DNA from: an uncultured Chloroflexia bacterium
Lineage (GTDB): Bacteria > Chloroflexota > Limnocylindria > Limnocylindrales > CSP1-4
Direction of reading: 5' to 3'
Length of the DNA stretch: 64,000 nucleotides
Assembly (NCBI GenBank): GCA_963817745.1
Contig: CAWFPC010000008.1
Coordinates: 432-64,431, forward strand
Positions 8,636 to 19,477 of this stretch are shown in pieces (positions within the stretch are counted from its first letter, which is position 1; every line of letters starts with the position of its first letter). The notes under the pieces are model-generated. The model was given only the letters and a program-made list of their open reading frames with translations. It did no database searches and had not been told where the DNA came from. The translations under genes and the position numbers were made by a program.

Positions 8636-9569
8636 GTGGAAGTCCTGCCCATCGCCGTCGCCGCTCTCGCGGCCGGCGCCATCCTCCTGATCGTCCTCGG
8701 GCTCACCGGCAGCTCGCCGGTCGACCCGGTCCAGGCTCGCCTGAGCCAGCTCGGCACCATGCAGGCGAAGAACCTCGAAGAGCTCGAGCTGCAGGCCCCG
8801 TTCATGGAGCGGACGCTGCGTCCACTCGCCCTGGGCCTGTCCAGCCGCATGACCCGGATGCAGTCCGCGTCGTTCAGCGAGAAGACCGAGAAGCGCCTCG
8901 CCCTCGCGGGCAATCCCGGTGACCTTCGGGTCGCCGACTGGCTCGGCATCAAGGCCATCGGCGCGATCGTCGGCGGCATCCTGTTCTTCCTGCTGTTCGT
9001 CGTCGGCGGCGTCATCGGGTTCCCGTTCCTCATCGGGCTCGTGATGACCGGCCGTCGGCGCGCTCCTCGGCTACACCGTCCCCGAGTTCTGGCTCGGCGG
9101 TCGCGTCAAGAAGCGCCAGAAGGCCATCCTCCTGATGATCCCGGACACGCTCGACCTGCTGACGATCTCGGTCCGCGCCGGTCTCGGCTTCGACGCCGCG
9201 CTGGGCAAGGTCGTCGAGAAGCTCAAGGGCCCGCTGTCCGAGGAGTTCCGCCGCGCACTCGCCGAGGTCCGCGTCGGCAAGGCGCGCCGCGACGCGCTGC
9301 GCGACATCGTCCCGCGCACCGAGGTGGTGCCGCTGACCAACTTCATCGGCGCGATCATCCAGGCCGAGCAGCTGGGTGTCTCGATCAGCAAGGTGCTGCA
9401 GGTCCAGTCGGAGCAGCTGCGCATCGAGCGCCGGCAGCGCGCCGAGGAACAGGCCGCCAAGGCACCGATCAAGATGCTGTTCCCGCTGGTCGGGTGCATC
9501 TTCCCCTCGCTGTTCATCGTCATCCTCGGGCCGGCCATCATCCTGATCGTCAAGAACCTCAAGGTCTGA
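8636..9569 (+). CDS. tadC: Tad pilus platform protein TadC (frameshifted)
   Basis: PDTLDLLTISVRAGLGFDAAL...QAEQLGVSISKVL...AEEQAAKAPIKMLFPLVGCIFPSLF. Confidence 0.92.
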
Positions 9570-9613
9570 CGCTGGGGGCCGACGACGCGGCCGGGGCTCC
9601 GCGGCGGGCCCGT

Positions 9614-10003
9614 GTGGCCGCGGCGGTCAGCGATGGCGCGACCGTCGGCAACGAGACGCGCGGCACGCAGCTCGTGGCACGACTCGAGGTCGGGTCGTCG
9701 TTGTGGGCCAAGTTCAAGGGCCTGATGGGTCGCCCCGCGCTGCCACCCGGCGACGGCTTGTGGCTGCCCGACAGCAACGGGATCCACATGATGTTCATGC
9801 GCTTCCCGATCGATGCCGTGTTCGTCGGCCGCCCGTTGCCGGATGACCCCGGCGTCCGTGTCGTCGTCGCGGCGAAGCGCGACGTGCGCGCGTGGACCGG
9901 GCTCGTGCCGCTCGTGCGGGCTGCGCACGGGGTGCTGGAACTCCCCGCCGGCACGATCGCGGCGTCGGGGACCGCCGTCGGGGATCGGCTCCGCTTCGGC
10001 TGA
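9614..10003 (+). CDS. DUF192 family protein
   Basis: KFKGLMGR...GLWLPDSNGIHMMFMRFPIDAVFV...VLELPAG pattern; start codon approximate. Confidence 0.85.
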   Translation: MAAAVSDGATVGNETRGTQLVARLEVGSSLWAKFKGLMGRPALPPGDGLWLPDSNGIHMMFMRFPIDAVFVGRPLPDDPGVRVVVAAKRDVRAWTGLVPLVRAAHGVLELPAGTIAASGTAVGDRLRFG

Positions 10004-10412
10004 CATCACGTGGCGTCCGGGGGCCCCGCGGAATCCGGGCGATCGCCGGGCGTGCCGGCGAGCGCCGCGAAATCGGCATCCATCGCGGTGGCTCGTACTA
10101 CACGCGGCGGACCTTGCCTGAATTCGGCACGCATCAGCCGCGCTCGTAGGGACCGATAACGAACGCCGTACGAAGCCCGAGTGAACACGATTCGCGTCCG
10201 AACCGGCCGAGAACGACCCAAGGTCACGCTTGCGCCGTCGATACGACTCGTGGGCGTGTTGTTTGCCGGTTTCTTGCGGCCAGGAGGTCGAGGCCGATCT
10301 GCCGTCGCCGTCGCCCGGCACCTGCTCGGATCCCAATGTCGCCTGCCCCCACATGCCACCCGATCGGCAAGCTCGTAAGTCCGGGTAGAGCGGCACCTCC
10401 CATGCTCACGGC

Positions 10413-11299
10413 ATGGACGATCGGCGTGTCGGGCGCATCGTTCGCGAGGTGCGGATCCACCGAGCGTGGCGCCAACGCGATCTCGCGGACCGCGCCGGCG
10501 TGAGCCAAGGGGTTGATCTCCATGATCGAGCGCGGGCGCCTCGAGAACGTATCGCTCGCTACGCTCCGAACGGTCAGTGCAGCCCTCGACATTCGCATCT
10601 CGATCGACGCTTGGTGGAGGTCGGGCGACGCGGATCGACTTCTCGATCGTGGCCACGCGGCACTCGTGGATCACGTGGTCACGAAGTTGCGGGCCTGGGG
10701 CTGGGCCACGCGCGTCGAGGTCACGTTCAACGCATACGGCGATCGCGGGTCCGCCGATGTCGTCGGCTGGCACGCCGGGGCAGCGGCTCCTGTTGATCGT
10801 CGAAGTGAAGACCGCGGATCCTCGACGTTCAGGAGACCCTGGCGACGTTTGCCCGGAAGGTTCGTGTCCTCCCGCCGCTCCTGGCCCGGGAAGAGGGCTG
10901 GTCGGCGCGATCCGTCGCCCGCCTTCTCGTCGTCGCAGACTCGCGCGGCAACCGCGACATCGTCCGCCGGCATGCGGCGACCTTCGATTCTGATCGGGCA
11001 GCGCGAGGACGGTGGCGGTGCGTCGGTGGCTCGCGCGGCCCGACGCCAGCGAACGTTCGAGCGGCTCGGATGCGGCACCGGCTCGCGGCTTCGGTGGGAT
11101 CTGGTTCGTGCTGCCGGCAACGCTCGGGACGACCGCTGGCGAGATCGATCGGTCGATCGAGGGTGCGATCGATGCGAACCCCACGGCCGCGCACCGTCGG
11201 AACGCCCGCGAGGCCATCCGTGATGGACATCGTCCGGGGCGTGACCGCCAAGGCCCTGGATCTCGCATTCCCCGGAACATGCGTCGGCTGCCGGCGTGA
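10413..11299 (+). CDS. XRE-family HTH fused to PD-(D/E)XK nuclease-like domain (several indels; 3' end uncertain)
   Basis: WRQRDLADRAGVSQ..ISMIERG HTH; SADVVGWH...LLIVEVKT catalytic-like motif at about 10750-10813. Confidence 0.7.
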
Positions 11300-11914
11300 A
11301 GGCACCGTCCTGTGTGACGCCTGCGGCCGCGCGCTCGACGCGCGCCTGGAGGCGCCCGCCGGCGTACCGATCGGGCTGCCCGGCGACATCCCATGGCCCC
11401 TCCTGCAGCTCGAATGGTGCGCCCCGTTCCACGGCGCCGTCCGAGCGGCGCTCCACGCGATCAAGTACGGCGGCGAGCAGCGCATCGCGACACCGCTCGG
11501 GGCGGCGATCGCGCGGCGATGGGCGCGCGTCGGGCGTGGGCGCCGAGATCGTGACCCACGTGCCCGTCCACGCCGACCGGGCACGGATGCGCGGGCTACG
11601 ACCAGGCGGCCCTGATCGCCGCGGCGGCCGCCACCGACCTCGGGCTCCCGTGCCTGCCGCTGCTCGAGCGCCGTCGCGCGACGATCGCCCAGTTCGACCT
11701 GGACCGACGCGACCGAGCCACCAACGTCGCCGGTGCGTTCGGCGTGCGCGCGGCCGCGCTGCCCGGAGCGACGTCGCCGCGCTCCGCGGCCGATGGATCC
11801 TGCTCGTCGACGACGTCGTGACGACCGGCGCGACGCTGGCGGCCTGTGCGATCGGCATTGCTGGCCGTGGGTGTCCTGGGCGTGTCCGCGATCACCGTCG
11901 CCCGCGAGCGTTGA
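11223..11914 (+). CDS. comF: ComF family phosphoribosyltransferase-like competence protein (frameshifted)
   Basis: N-terminal CVGC...CDAC zinc ribbon; VPVHADRAR..G; WILLVDDVVTTGATL PRTase motif; followed by hpf. Confidence 0.88.
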
Positions 11915-12013
11915 GACCGTCGCGGGCCAGCCCGCTCGGCCGGCCCCTGAGCGACCCGGGGCTATACTCGACGCAACGCGCCCGACCCCCGACGCACGCC
12001 CCGGAGGTGACGC

Positions 12014-12611
12014 ATGCGAACCATCGTCAAGGGCAAGAACGTCGAGATCCCCGACCGAGTTCGCGATTACGCCGAGCGCAAGCTCCACCGACTCGATCGC
12101 CTCCTCGACGACCAGACCGACGCCATCGTCGAGTTCTCGAACGAGATGCATCGCAGCGCGTCGGACGCCCACATCGCCGAGGTGACGCTCATCATCGACG
12201 GCCAGGTGCTGCGCAGCCACGCCACGGGCATCAGCTACCAGGCGGCCCTCGATACGGTCGTCGACAAGGTGGAGCGCCAGGCCGTGGACCACCGCTCCAA
12301 GCCGCGCCTGCGCGCCCGCCCCGAGGAGGAGAAGGAGATCCTTCGGCGGCTTGCCGACGGCACCCGCGAACCCGGACACGAGCGACGGATCGTGAAGACC
12401 AAGCGCTTCGCGATCGAGCCGATGTTCGAGGAGGACGCGCTCGCGGCGATGGACGACCTCGGCCACCAGTTCTACATCTTCGTCAACGCCGAGACCGAGC
12501 ACATCGCGATCCTCTACCGGCGCGATGACGGCGACTACGGCCTGATCGAGCCCACCCTCGGCGGCGGCTACACGGTCGGGCGCGACCAGCGTCGACGGCC
12601 GCGGGCGCTAG
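12014..12611 (+). CDS. hpf: Ribosome hibernation promoting factor, long form (3' end approximate)
   Basis: RTIVKGKNVEIPDRVRDYAERKL RaiA domain plus IVKTKRFAIEPM...LYRRDDGDYGLIEP S30AE C-domain; GGAGGTG RBS. Confidence 0.92.
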
Positions 12612-12698
12612 CACCGCGGCGGATCGACCGCCGTCCTTCCCTGACCCGCGCGGCGCACGGAGCCGTCCCGCGATCCGGCGCGTCGTACGATGCCGCGG

Positions 12699-13642
12699 AT
12701 GCTTCCCGACGGTCGACGGCTCGGCGCCCACCTGCCGCTCGGTGGTGGCATGGTCAAGGCCGTCGAGCGAGCCCACGCCATCGGCGTCCAGGCCCTGCAG
12801 ATCTTCAGCGACAACCCGACGGCCTGGCGGCGGCGCGCCGCACCGCCGGCCGAGCTGGACGCGTTCCGCGACGGGCTCGCCGCGTATGACATCCGACCGA
12901 CCGCGATCCATGCGGCGTATCTCGTCAACCTCGCCGGACCGGGCGACGACTTCTTCGGCCGATCCGTCGCGATGCTCGCCCACGAGCTGCGCGGCGCCCC
13001 GTCCTTCGGCGCGCGCTACGTCAACGTCCACATCGGGTCGCATCTCGACACCGGCGTGGCGGCCGGAGCACGACGCATCGGTGAGGGCGTGGAGCTGACG
13101 CTTGCCGAGGTGGACGCTGCGGACGGCGTCATGCTCGTCCTCGAGAACTCGGCCGGGAGCGGGTTCGGGCTCGGTGCCGACGTCGGCGAGCTCGCGTCGA
13201 TCGCGGAGGCGATCGCGGCTCGCGGGATCGACGACGGCGGGTCGGGTTCTGCCTCGATACGGCCCATGCGTGGGGCGCCGGGATCGACATGGGCTCGCGT
13301 GACGGGATCGATGCCTTCCTCGCCGACTTCGATGCCCGGATCGGGCTGCGCCGCCTGGTCATGGTGCACCTCAACGACACCCGCTCGGAGCGTGGCTCGC
13401 GCACCGACCGCCACGAGCACCTCGGCGCGGGCCGGATCGGCGAGGTCGGGCTCGCGCACGTGCTGACGCATCCGTCGCTCGCGCACGTGACGTACTACCT
13501 CGAGACGCCGGGCATGGACGAGGGCTACGACGCGATCAACGTCGCCCGTGCCTTCGCCCTCGCCGAGGGACGGCCGCTGGAACCGCTGCCGGAGGGTGCC
13601 CTCGACGTGCGGAGCAGCCGGGCGCGGACGGCGCCGGCATGA
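12699..13642 (+). CDS. nfo: Endonuclease IV (AP endonuclease; frameshifted)
   Basis: LGAHLP, QIFSDNP, IHAAYLVNLA, LENSAG, HLNDT...DRHEHLGAG and LETP metal-binding motifs. Confidence 0.92.
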
Positions 13643-15346
13643 CGGCTGGCACCGGCCGCCTTCGCGGGTTCGATCGCCGCGACGTCCTCGTCCTGCTCGG
13701 GTTGCTGGCCCTCGCCGCGTTGCTTCGACTCCCCGATCTCGCGACGCGTGGCACGTGGGACGGCGACCAGGGTCACGACATGCTCGTCCTGCGCGCCTTC
13801 GTCCGTGACGGCGTCGTGCCGCTGCTCGGTCCGCCGACCTCGATCGGCGACTTCCACCACGGGGCGCTGTACTACTACCTGCTGGCGCCGGCGGCGGCAC
13901 TCACCGGAGGCGATTCGCCGCTGGCGATCGTGACGATGATCGCGCTCGCGGGGATCGCCGCCGTCGGCGTGACCTGGTGGCTCGCGCGTGCGATCGGTGG
14001 ATCGGTCGCCGGTGCGGTGGCGGGCCTCGCGATGGCGATCTCGACCGCCGCGGTCGATGAATCGACGTTCATCTGGAACCCGAACCTCATCGCCCTGTCG
14101 AGCTCGATCGCGCTCGCCGGCGCGTGGCGGGCATGGACGACGCGCAGTCCGCGATGGTGGCTCCTCGCCGCATTCGGCACGGCCGTGACGATGCAATGCC
14201 ACGTGCTCGGGATCGCGTTGCTGCCGATCGTCGGGGCGCTGCTCGTGGCCGACGTCCGGCGTCGTGACGCGGCGGAGCGCGGCGGCGTCCTGCGTGCCGC
14301 ACTGGGCGGTCTCGCGATCGTCGTCGTGGCGTACGTCCCGTTGGCGATCAACGAGCTGACGACCGACTTCGCCGAGCTTCGCGCGGCGCTCGACTACGTC
14401 GCCGGTGGTCGGGGCGGTGGTGGGCACAAGCCTGCCGGTCCGCTTCGGGATCGCCGGGCGTCCGGGTCGTCAGCTGGCCGCTCGTCGGGTTGATCACGAC
14501 GGCGTTCCCGGCGGCGGTGCTGACGACGAGTGCCGTGGTCCTCATCGTGATCTGGCGCTGGCGGTCCGCGGATCCCGGCGAACGGGTCGCGGTCCGCTGG
14601 CTCGGGCTGGGCCTGCTCTGGTCCGTGCTGTTCCTCGACGATCGCCGCCCCGAGCCTGGCGAGCGTGGTGGCCGGGCTGCCGAACGACCACTACCACGCG
14701 TTCGCCGACCCGATGGTCTTCGTGCTCGTTGGCCTGGGCGTGGCGGCGGCCGTGCGACCGGTCCTGCCCGGATCCGCCCGAACCGCGCGCATCGCGACCG
14801 CGGGCAGCGCGACCGCGGGCAGCGCGACCGTCATCGCCGTCGTCGCGCTCGTGGCGTTCGTCGCGCTCCTCGGCTGGAACGTCACGCACCAGCCGCCGTC
14901 GGTCCATCCCGATGGCGGCTTCCCGGCCGGTCAGATCGCCGGCGACAAGGTCGATGCCGCGCTGACGGCGGCGGGCATGCCCGCGGGACCGTCCCGCGCT
15001 GCTTCGATCGTTGCCGGAGTTCAAGTCGACCGAGGCGGTCGCCTATCCGCTCGTCCGCATCGGCCGCTCGGTCCTGGCCGAGACCCCGATCGGGTTCGCG
15101 CCGGGCTCCGTGGCGCCAGGCGCGACGCCGACGTCGATGCCGCTGGTGCTGCTGTGCGACCAGTTGTTCGCCGAGACGCTGGCCGCCGACTGCGGCGGAC
15201 CCGCCGAGGCTGCCGTCACCGCCGATGCCGGCGGTCCGGGCTCCGGCGTCGGGGCGGACCCGTCCGGCTGGGGGCCGCTCCTCACGCGGTTCGAGGCAGC
15301 GCCCGGGCGGTTCGTGTCGGTCTACGGCCCGGCGTCACCTGGCTGA
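13639..15346 (+). CDS. GT-C fold (ArnT/PMT, GT39/83-like) polytopic glycosyltransferase (frameshifted)
   Basis: First-loop WDGDQ...GPPTSIGDFHHGALYYYL motif, multiple TM helices, IWNPN, QCH. Confidence 0.7.
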
Positions 15347-15396
15347 GGGAGCGGCGGCGGACCCTCGCAGCTCCGCTGCTCAGCGCCCCGGACATG

Positions 15397-15431
15397 AACG
15401 AACGCCGGCGCCCCAGACGCCGGCGTTCGTT
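15397..15431. terminator. Hairpin between convergent genes (probable bidirectional terminator)
   Basis: Perfect 14-bp stem AACGAACGCCGGCG / CGCCGGCGTTCGTT with 7-nt loop. Confidence 0.75.
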
Positions 15432-15480
15432 GTCCCCGAGACCCGGATGTGGAGGGCGTCCGGGCCAGTGCTGATAAGCG

Positions 15481-16044
15481 CTAGTAGCGGCCGGGTTCCC
15501 GGCCGGTGGATCGCTGGATCGAGCGAACGGTCGAGACGGCCGTCCCGGAGGCGACGCCGCTGGACGGCGGGCCGCCGACGCGACCGACGGTGAGCGGCCG
15601 GCTGCTGCCGACCGGTCCGCCGAGCGCTCGCTCGCTGGTTCGTCCGGGGACGCTGCCACCGGTGCTTGTCGTGTCCGACGGGAAGGCGCGGCCGTAGCGG
15701 CGCATCCGGACCGCGAGGTAGTACTCCATGACCTGCCGGACCTGCGGCTCGGACAGGAGATCGTCGGCGCGCAGTGCGTACTCGACCCGCGCGGTAGGGT
15801 TCGCGGCGCCTGCCGCGACGAGGCCCAGGTACTGCGGGGTGTCGGCATCATCACGAAGCTCACGGAGCCCGCGAGCCAGTTTCGTGGCCGTGCCGAGCGA
15901 CGGCATCCGATCGCCGCGGATCAGCCGGGAGATGGTCGAGTGATCGACCCCCGACTGCTGAGCGAGCTGGCGTTGCGACATCTTCTTGGCCTTGAGCTGT
16001 GCTCGAAGCCATTCGTTGAACGCTCGGCCGTTTTGGCTGGTCAT
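15481..16044 (-). CDS. XRE-family HTH transcriptional regulator
   Basis: FNEWLRAQLKAKKMSQRQLAQQSGVDHSTISRLIRGDRMPSLGTATKLA; low-complexity C-terminal tail. Confidence 0.88.
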   Translation of the reverse strand: MTSQNGRAFNEWLRAQLKAKKMSQRQLAQQSGVDHSTISRLIRGDRMPSLGTATKLARGLRELRDDADTPQYLGLVAAGAANPTARVEYALRADDLLSEPQVRQVMEYYLAVRMRRYGRAFPSDTTSTGGSVPGRTSERALGGPVGSSRPLTVGRVGGPPSSGVASGTAVSTVRSIQRSTGREPGRY

Positions 16045-16353
16045 CGTAGGACTGGGCGCTCCTGGCGGCGTGTTGCGGGCGGTCGATGCCGCTCGACTCG
16101 TGCCTCGATGCGTCGATGATGCTGAGACGCCGAGTCGGGCTGTATCACCCGTTGGTACCGTCAAGGGGTCCGGCACGGGCCCAATCGGACGGTTCGGTGT
16201 TGTGCAGTCGTCGTCGGTCCGGTCCGGACGTGACGAGAGACTCCCCCATGACCAAGGTACGTGGTCCGGTTTCGCATGGATGTTCACCCGCACGCTGGGG
16301 GAACGTTGCAGTCCTGTCGCAGCCCGTGTCTCCACGAGGGGCGGCGACGCGGT

Positions 16354-17548
16354 TCAGGCGGGCGCCGGCGCCGTTTCGACGATCCGGCCGTTGCCGCTCG
16401 GCTTGCCCGAGACCAGGTACACGATCGAGCCCACCACGATGACCGAGAAGACGCTGATGACGCGGTCGAGGAGCGCGATCGCGGTCGCCTCGGGCAACGG
16501 GACCCCGTAGGCCACCGTCAGGACGCCGACGACCCCGGCTTCCACGATGCCAAGCCCGGCGGGGCTCAAGGGGACGGCCGTCAGCAGCGAGCCGACGAGG
16601 GCGACGAAGATCGCGCCCGACAGGCCGACCGAGACGTCACCGAAGCCGAGCGCCTGGATGACGAAGAAGAGGCGCAGTCCCTCGGTCATCCAGATGAGGC
16701 CGGTCAGCAGCCCGAGGATCGGCAGCTGGCGCATCCCCAGCGCACCGAAGACGCCCTCCTCGAAGCGGTCGTACAGCTCGAGCACCTGGTGGGGCAGGAA
16801 CGGCAGCGCGACGATGATGCGCCGGCCGAAGTTGCGCATCGTGAACAGGCCGATGGCGAGGATGGTGACCACCACCAGCGCGACGCCGAACACGATCTGG
16901 ATCGACACCGGAAGGCCGTCGCGGAAGCTCCAGAAGCCGGCAGCGATCCCGAGCAGCGCGATCGCGAAGAGATCGAGCACGCGTTCGATGAACACCGTGC
17001 CGAACGTCCGGCTCAGCGACGCGGTGCTGTTGATCTTGAGCAGGTAGGCGCGATAGACGTCACCGAGCTTGGCCGGCACCACGCAGTTGACCAGCCAGGA
17101 CAGCAGGATGATCTCGGTGGAGTCCTTGACGGGGACGCGGATGCCGGTCCCACGGAGCAGGATCGACCAGCGCAGGCCGCGCATCGGGAAGCCCATGTAG
17201 AACACGGCGACGGCCGCCAGGATGAGCAGCGGGTTCGCGGCGAGGATGAGGTCCGGGCACGACCGCGAGAGCGGCGGCATTGAGGCTGACGAACCCGGCG
17301 ATGATGAGGATCGGGATGGCGATCGAGATCAGCGTGCGCGGCTGCCGCAGCCGTCGCGCGAGCGACATCTGCTCGGCGTCGGGCACCGCCTCGCCGTTCC
17401 CCGCGCGGGCGGGGTCGGTCCCGGTCGCGGATGCGTCGGGTTGCGGATCGGTCGAGGTCGACTGCGCGCCGGGAACCAGGCGCGGGTCGATCGCGGGGGT
17501 AGCCTCCATCGACTCGGAGGGTACGGAATCATCGGACGCACCCGCCAT
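16354..17548 (-). CDS. Lysylphosphatidylglycerol synthase TM / UPF0104 flippase-like membrane protein (frameshifted)
   Basis: RGLRWSILL...NCVVPAKLGDVYRAYLL...ERVLD...VPLSPAGLGIVEAG...DRVIS. Confidence 0.85.
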
Positions 17549-17583
17549 CCGCCGATGGTCCTGCCCGTCGCCCCCGGCCCCGG

Positions 17584-18300
17584 TCACGGTCGCGTCTCGG
17601 GATGCGGCAGCTCGCCGGTCTGTGGCTGGATACGGCCGTTCCCGCGCGTGCGCTGGACGAGCTTGGCGATCGGCGTCCACAACCGGATGAGGTAGCTCGC
17701 CCGGCCCGGGACGATCTCGGCGGTCGACAGGGCGGCGAGCAGGCCCGCAGCCGTCGACGGATCGCCGTCGAGGGCGGTGTACGCGACGCCGACCTCCATC
17801 ACCGAGTGCGAATCGGACGCCGCGACACCGGCGAGGCCGTGCTCCTGCGCGAATGCGGCCGCCTGCTCGTTGCCCTTCCCGAGTAGCCGGGCGTTGTGGA
17901 CCTCGACCCAGTCGACGAGCCCCGCGAGCGACGCCAGGCGGGCGTCCTTGCCGAGCGATCCACGCCACGCGTCGAACGGATGCGGGATCCCGACGAGCCC
18001 ACCCTGCTCGCGCGCGGCCGCGATCGAGTCCGCGGCCGACAACCCGGGCGGGACGGCGCGCTCCAGGAAGGCGCAGATGAGATCGCCGTCGGCGGTCTTC
18101 ACTTCCTCCCCGACGATCACCGTGAGTCCCGGTGGCGCGGCATCGCGGGCTCGCAACGCCCCGTCGATCCGGTCATGGTCGGTGACGACGAGGTGCGTCA
18201 GGCCACGGCTCGCGGCAGCCCGCACGACCTTCGCGGGATCGGCCAGGCTGTCGAACGAGGCCGACGTATGACAGTGCAGGTCGATGAAGGCCCGGGTCAT
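17584..18300 (-). CDS. PHP-domain metallophosphoesterase
   Basis: DLHCHT, VTDHD, GEE, HPF, EVHNAR and SDSHS PHP motifs. Confidence 0.88.
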   Translation of the reverse strand: MTRAFIDLHCHTSASFDSLADPAKVVRAAASRGLTHLVVTDHDRIDGALRARDAAPPGLTVIVGEEVKTADGDLICAFLERAVPPGLSAADSIAAAREQGGLVGIPHPFDAWRGSLGKDARLASLAGLVDWVEVHNARLLGKGNEQAAAFAQEHGLAGVAASDSHSVMEVGVAYTALDGDPSTAAGLLAALSTAEIVPGRASYLIRLWTPIAKLVQRTRGNGRIQPQTGELPHPETRP

Positions 18301-18367
18301 CCGTCGGGGGGTCCTCGCTCGGCGCACGGCGCCCGCCCACCGGACAGCGCGGCTGGTGCGCGGGACC

Positions 18368-18471
18368 GCGGGTGGCGCCGGGCGAGGGTCCGGCGGAGCG
18401 AGCGCTAGGCGCAGCGCCGGAGCGAGCGGAGGCCGCGCGAGCGCCCGGCGACAGGACCCGACGCAGGGTCC
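18368..18471. repeat. Intergenic REP-like element, copy 1
   Basis: 38-bp core 18398-18435 identical to 21320-21357; shared flanks GCGGGTGGCGCCGG and GGCGACAGGACCC. Confidence 0.85.
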
Positions 18472-18478
18472 CGGCACG

Positions 18479-19477
18479 TCAGATCTGCTGGACGAGCGAC
18501 TTCTTGAAGAAGTCGAAGTGCTCGAGGGCGATGCCGGTGCCGAGTGCGACGCAGTCGAGGGAGTTCTCGGCCACGTGGCAGGGGACGCCCGTGACCTGGG
18601 TGAGCAGCTTGTCGACGTTGCGCAGCAGCGCGCCGCCGCCCGACATGACCATGCCCTTGTCGATGATGTCGCTCGACAGCTCGGGCGGGGTCTGCTCGAG
18701 GACGGTCCGGACCGCGGCGACCAGCTGCTGGAGCGGTGCCTCGATCGCCTCCATGACCTCCGACGAGGTGATCGGGATGGTGCGCGGCAGGCCCGCGATC
18801 AGGTCGCGGCCGCGAACCTCCATCGTGAGCTCGCGCTCCAGCGGCAGCGCGGTGCCGATCTGGATCTTGACCTCTTCCGCCGTCCGCTCGCCGACCATGA
18901 GGTTGTACTTCTTGCGGATGTACGTCGCGATCGATTCGTCGAACTTGTTGCCACCCACACGCAGCGAGTGCGACACGACGATGCCGCCCAGCGCGATGAC
19001 CGCGATCTCGGACGTGCCGCCGCCGATGTCGATGATCATGTTCCCCGACGGCCCGCTGATGGGCACGTTCGCACCGATCGCCGCGGCGAGCGGCTCCTCG
19101 ATGAGGAACGCCTCCTTGGCGCCGGCCTTGAGCGCGGCGTCGCGGACCGCGCGCTTCTCGACCGAGGTCACGCCGGCCGGCACGCTGATCATCACCTCGG
19201 GCCGGCTGAAGCCGATCCGGCCCTTGGTGGCCTTGTTGATGAAGAACCGCAGCATCGCCTCGGTGATGACGTAGTCCGCGATGACCCCGTCCTTCATCGG
19301 CCGGATGGCCTGGATGTTGCCGGGCGTGCGGCCGATCATCTCGCGGGCTTCCTCGCCGACCGCGACGATCCGGTTGTCGTCCGACACCGCCACGACGGAC
19401 GGTTCGGTGATGACGATGCCTTTGCCCTTGACGTAGACGAGGACGTTGGCCGTCCCGAGGTCGATGCCGATCTTCAT
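18479..19477 (-). CDS. mreB: Rod shape-determining actin homolog MreB (Mbl-like position after murA)
   Basis: [25 protein letters not shown] actin-fold motifs. Confidence 0.96.
   Translation of the reverse strand: MKIGIDLGTANVLVYVKGKGIVITEPSVVAVSDDNRIVAVGEEAREMIGRTPGNIQAIRPMKDGVIADYVITEAMLRFFINKATKGRIGFSRPEVMISVPAGVTSVEKRAVRDAALKAGAKEAFLIEEPLAAAIGANVPISGPSGNMIIDIGGGTSEIAVIALGGIVVSHSLRVGGNKFDESIATYIRKKYNLMVGERTAEEVKIQIGTALPLERELTMEVRGRDLIAGLPRTIPITSSEVMEAIEAPLQQLVAAVRTVLEQTPPELSSDIIDKGMVMSGGGALLRNVDKLLTQVTGVPCHVAENSLDCVALGTGIALEHFDFFKKSLVQQI

Noticed and set aside
7727-10003. 758-aa ORF joining TadB, TadC and DUF192
   Set aside because: Each gene has its own start and stop in other frames (TAG 8633, TGA 9569); the long frame is a patchwork caused by indels.
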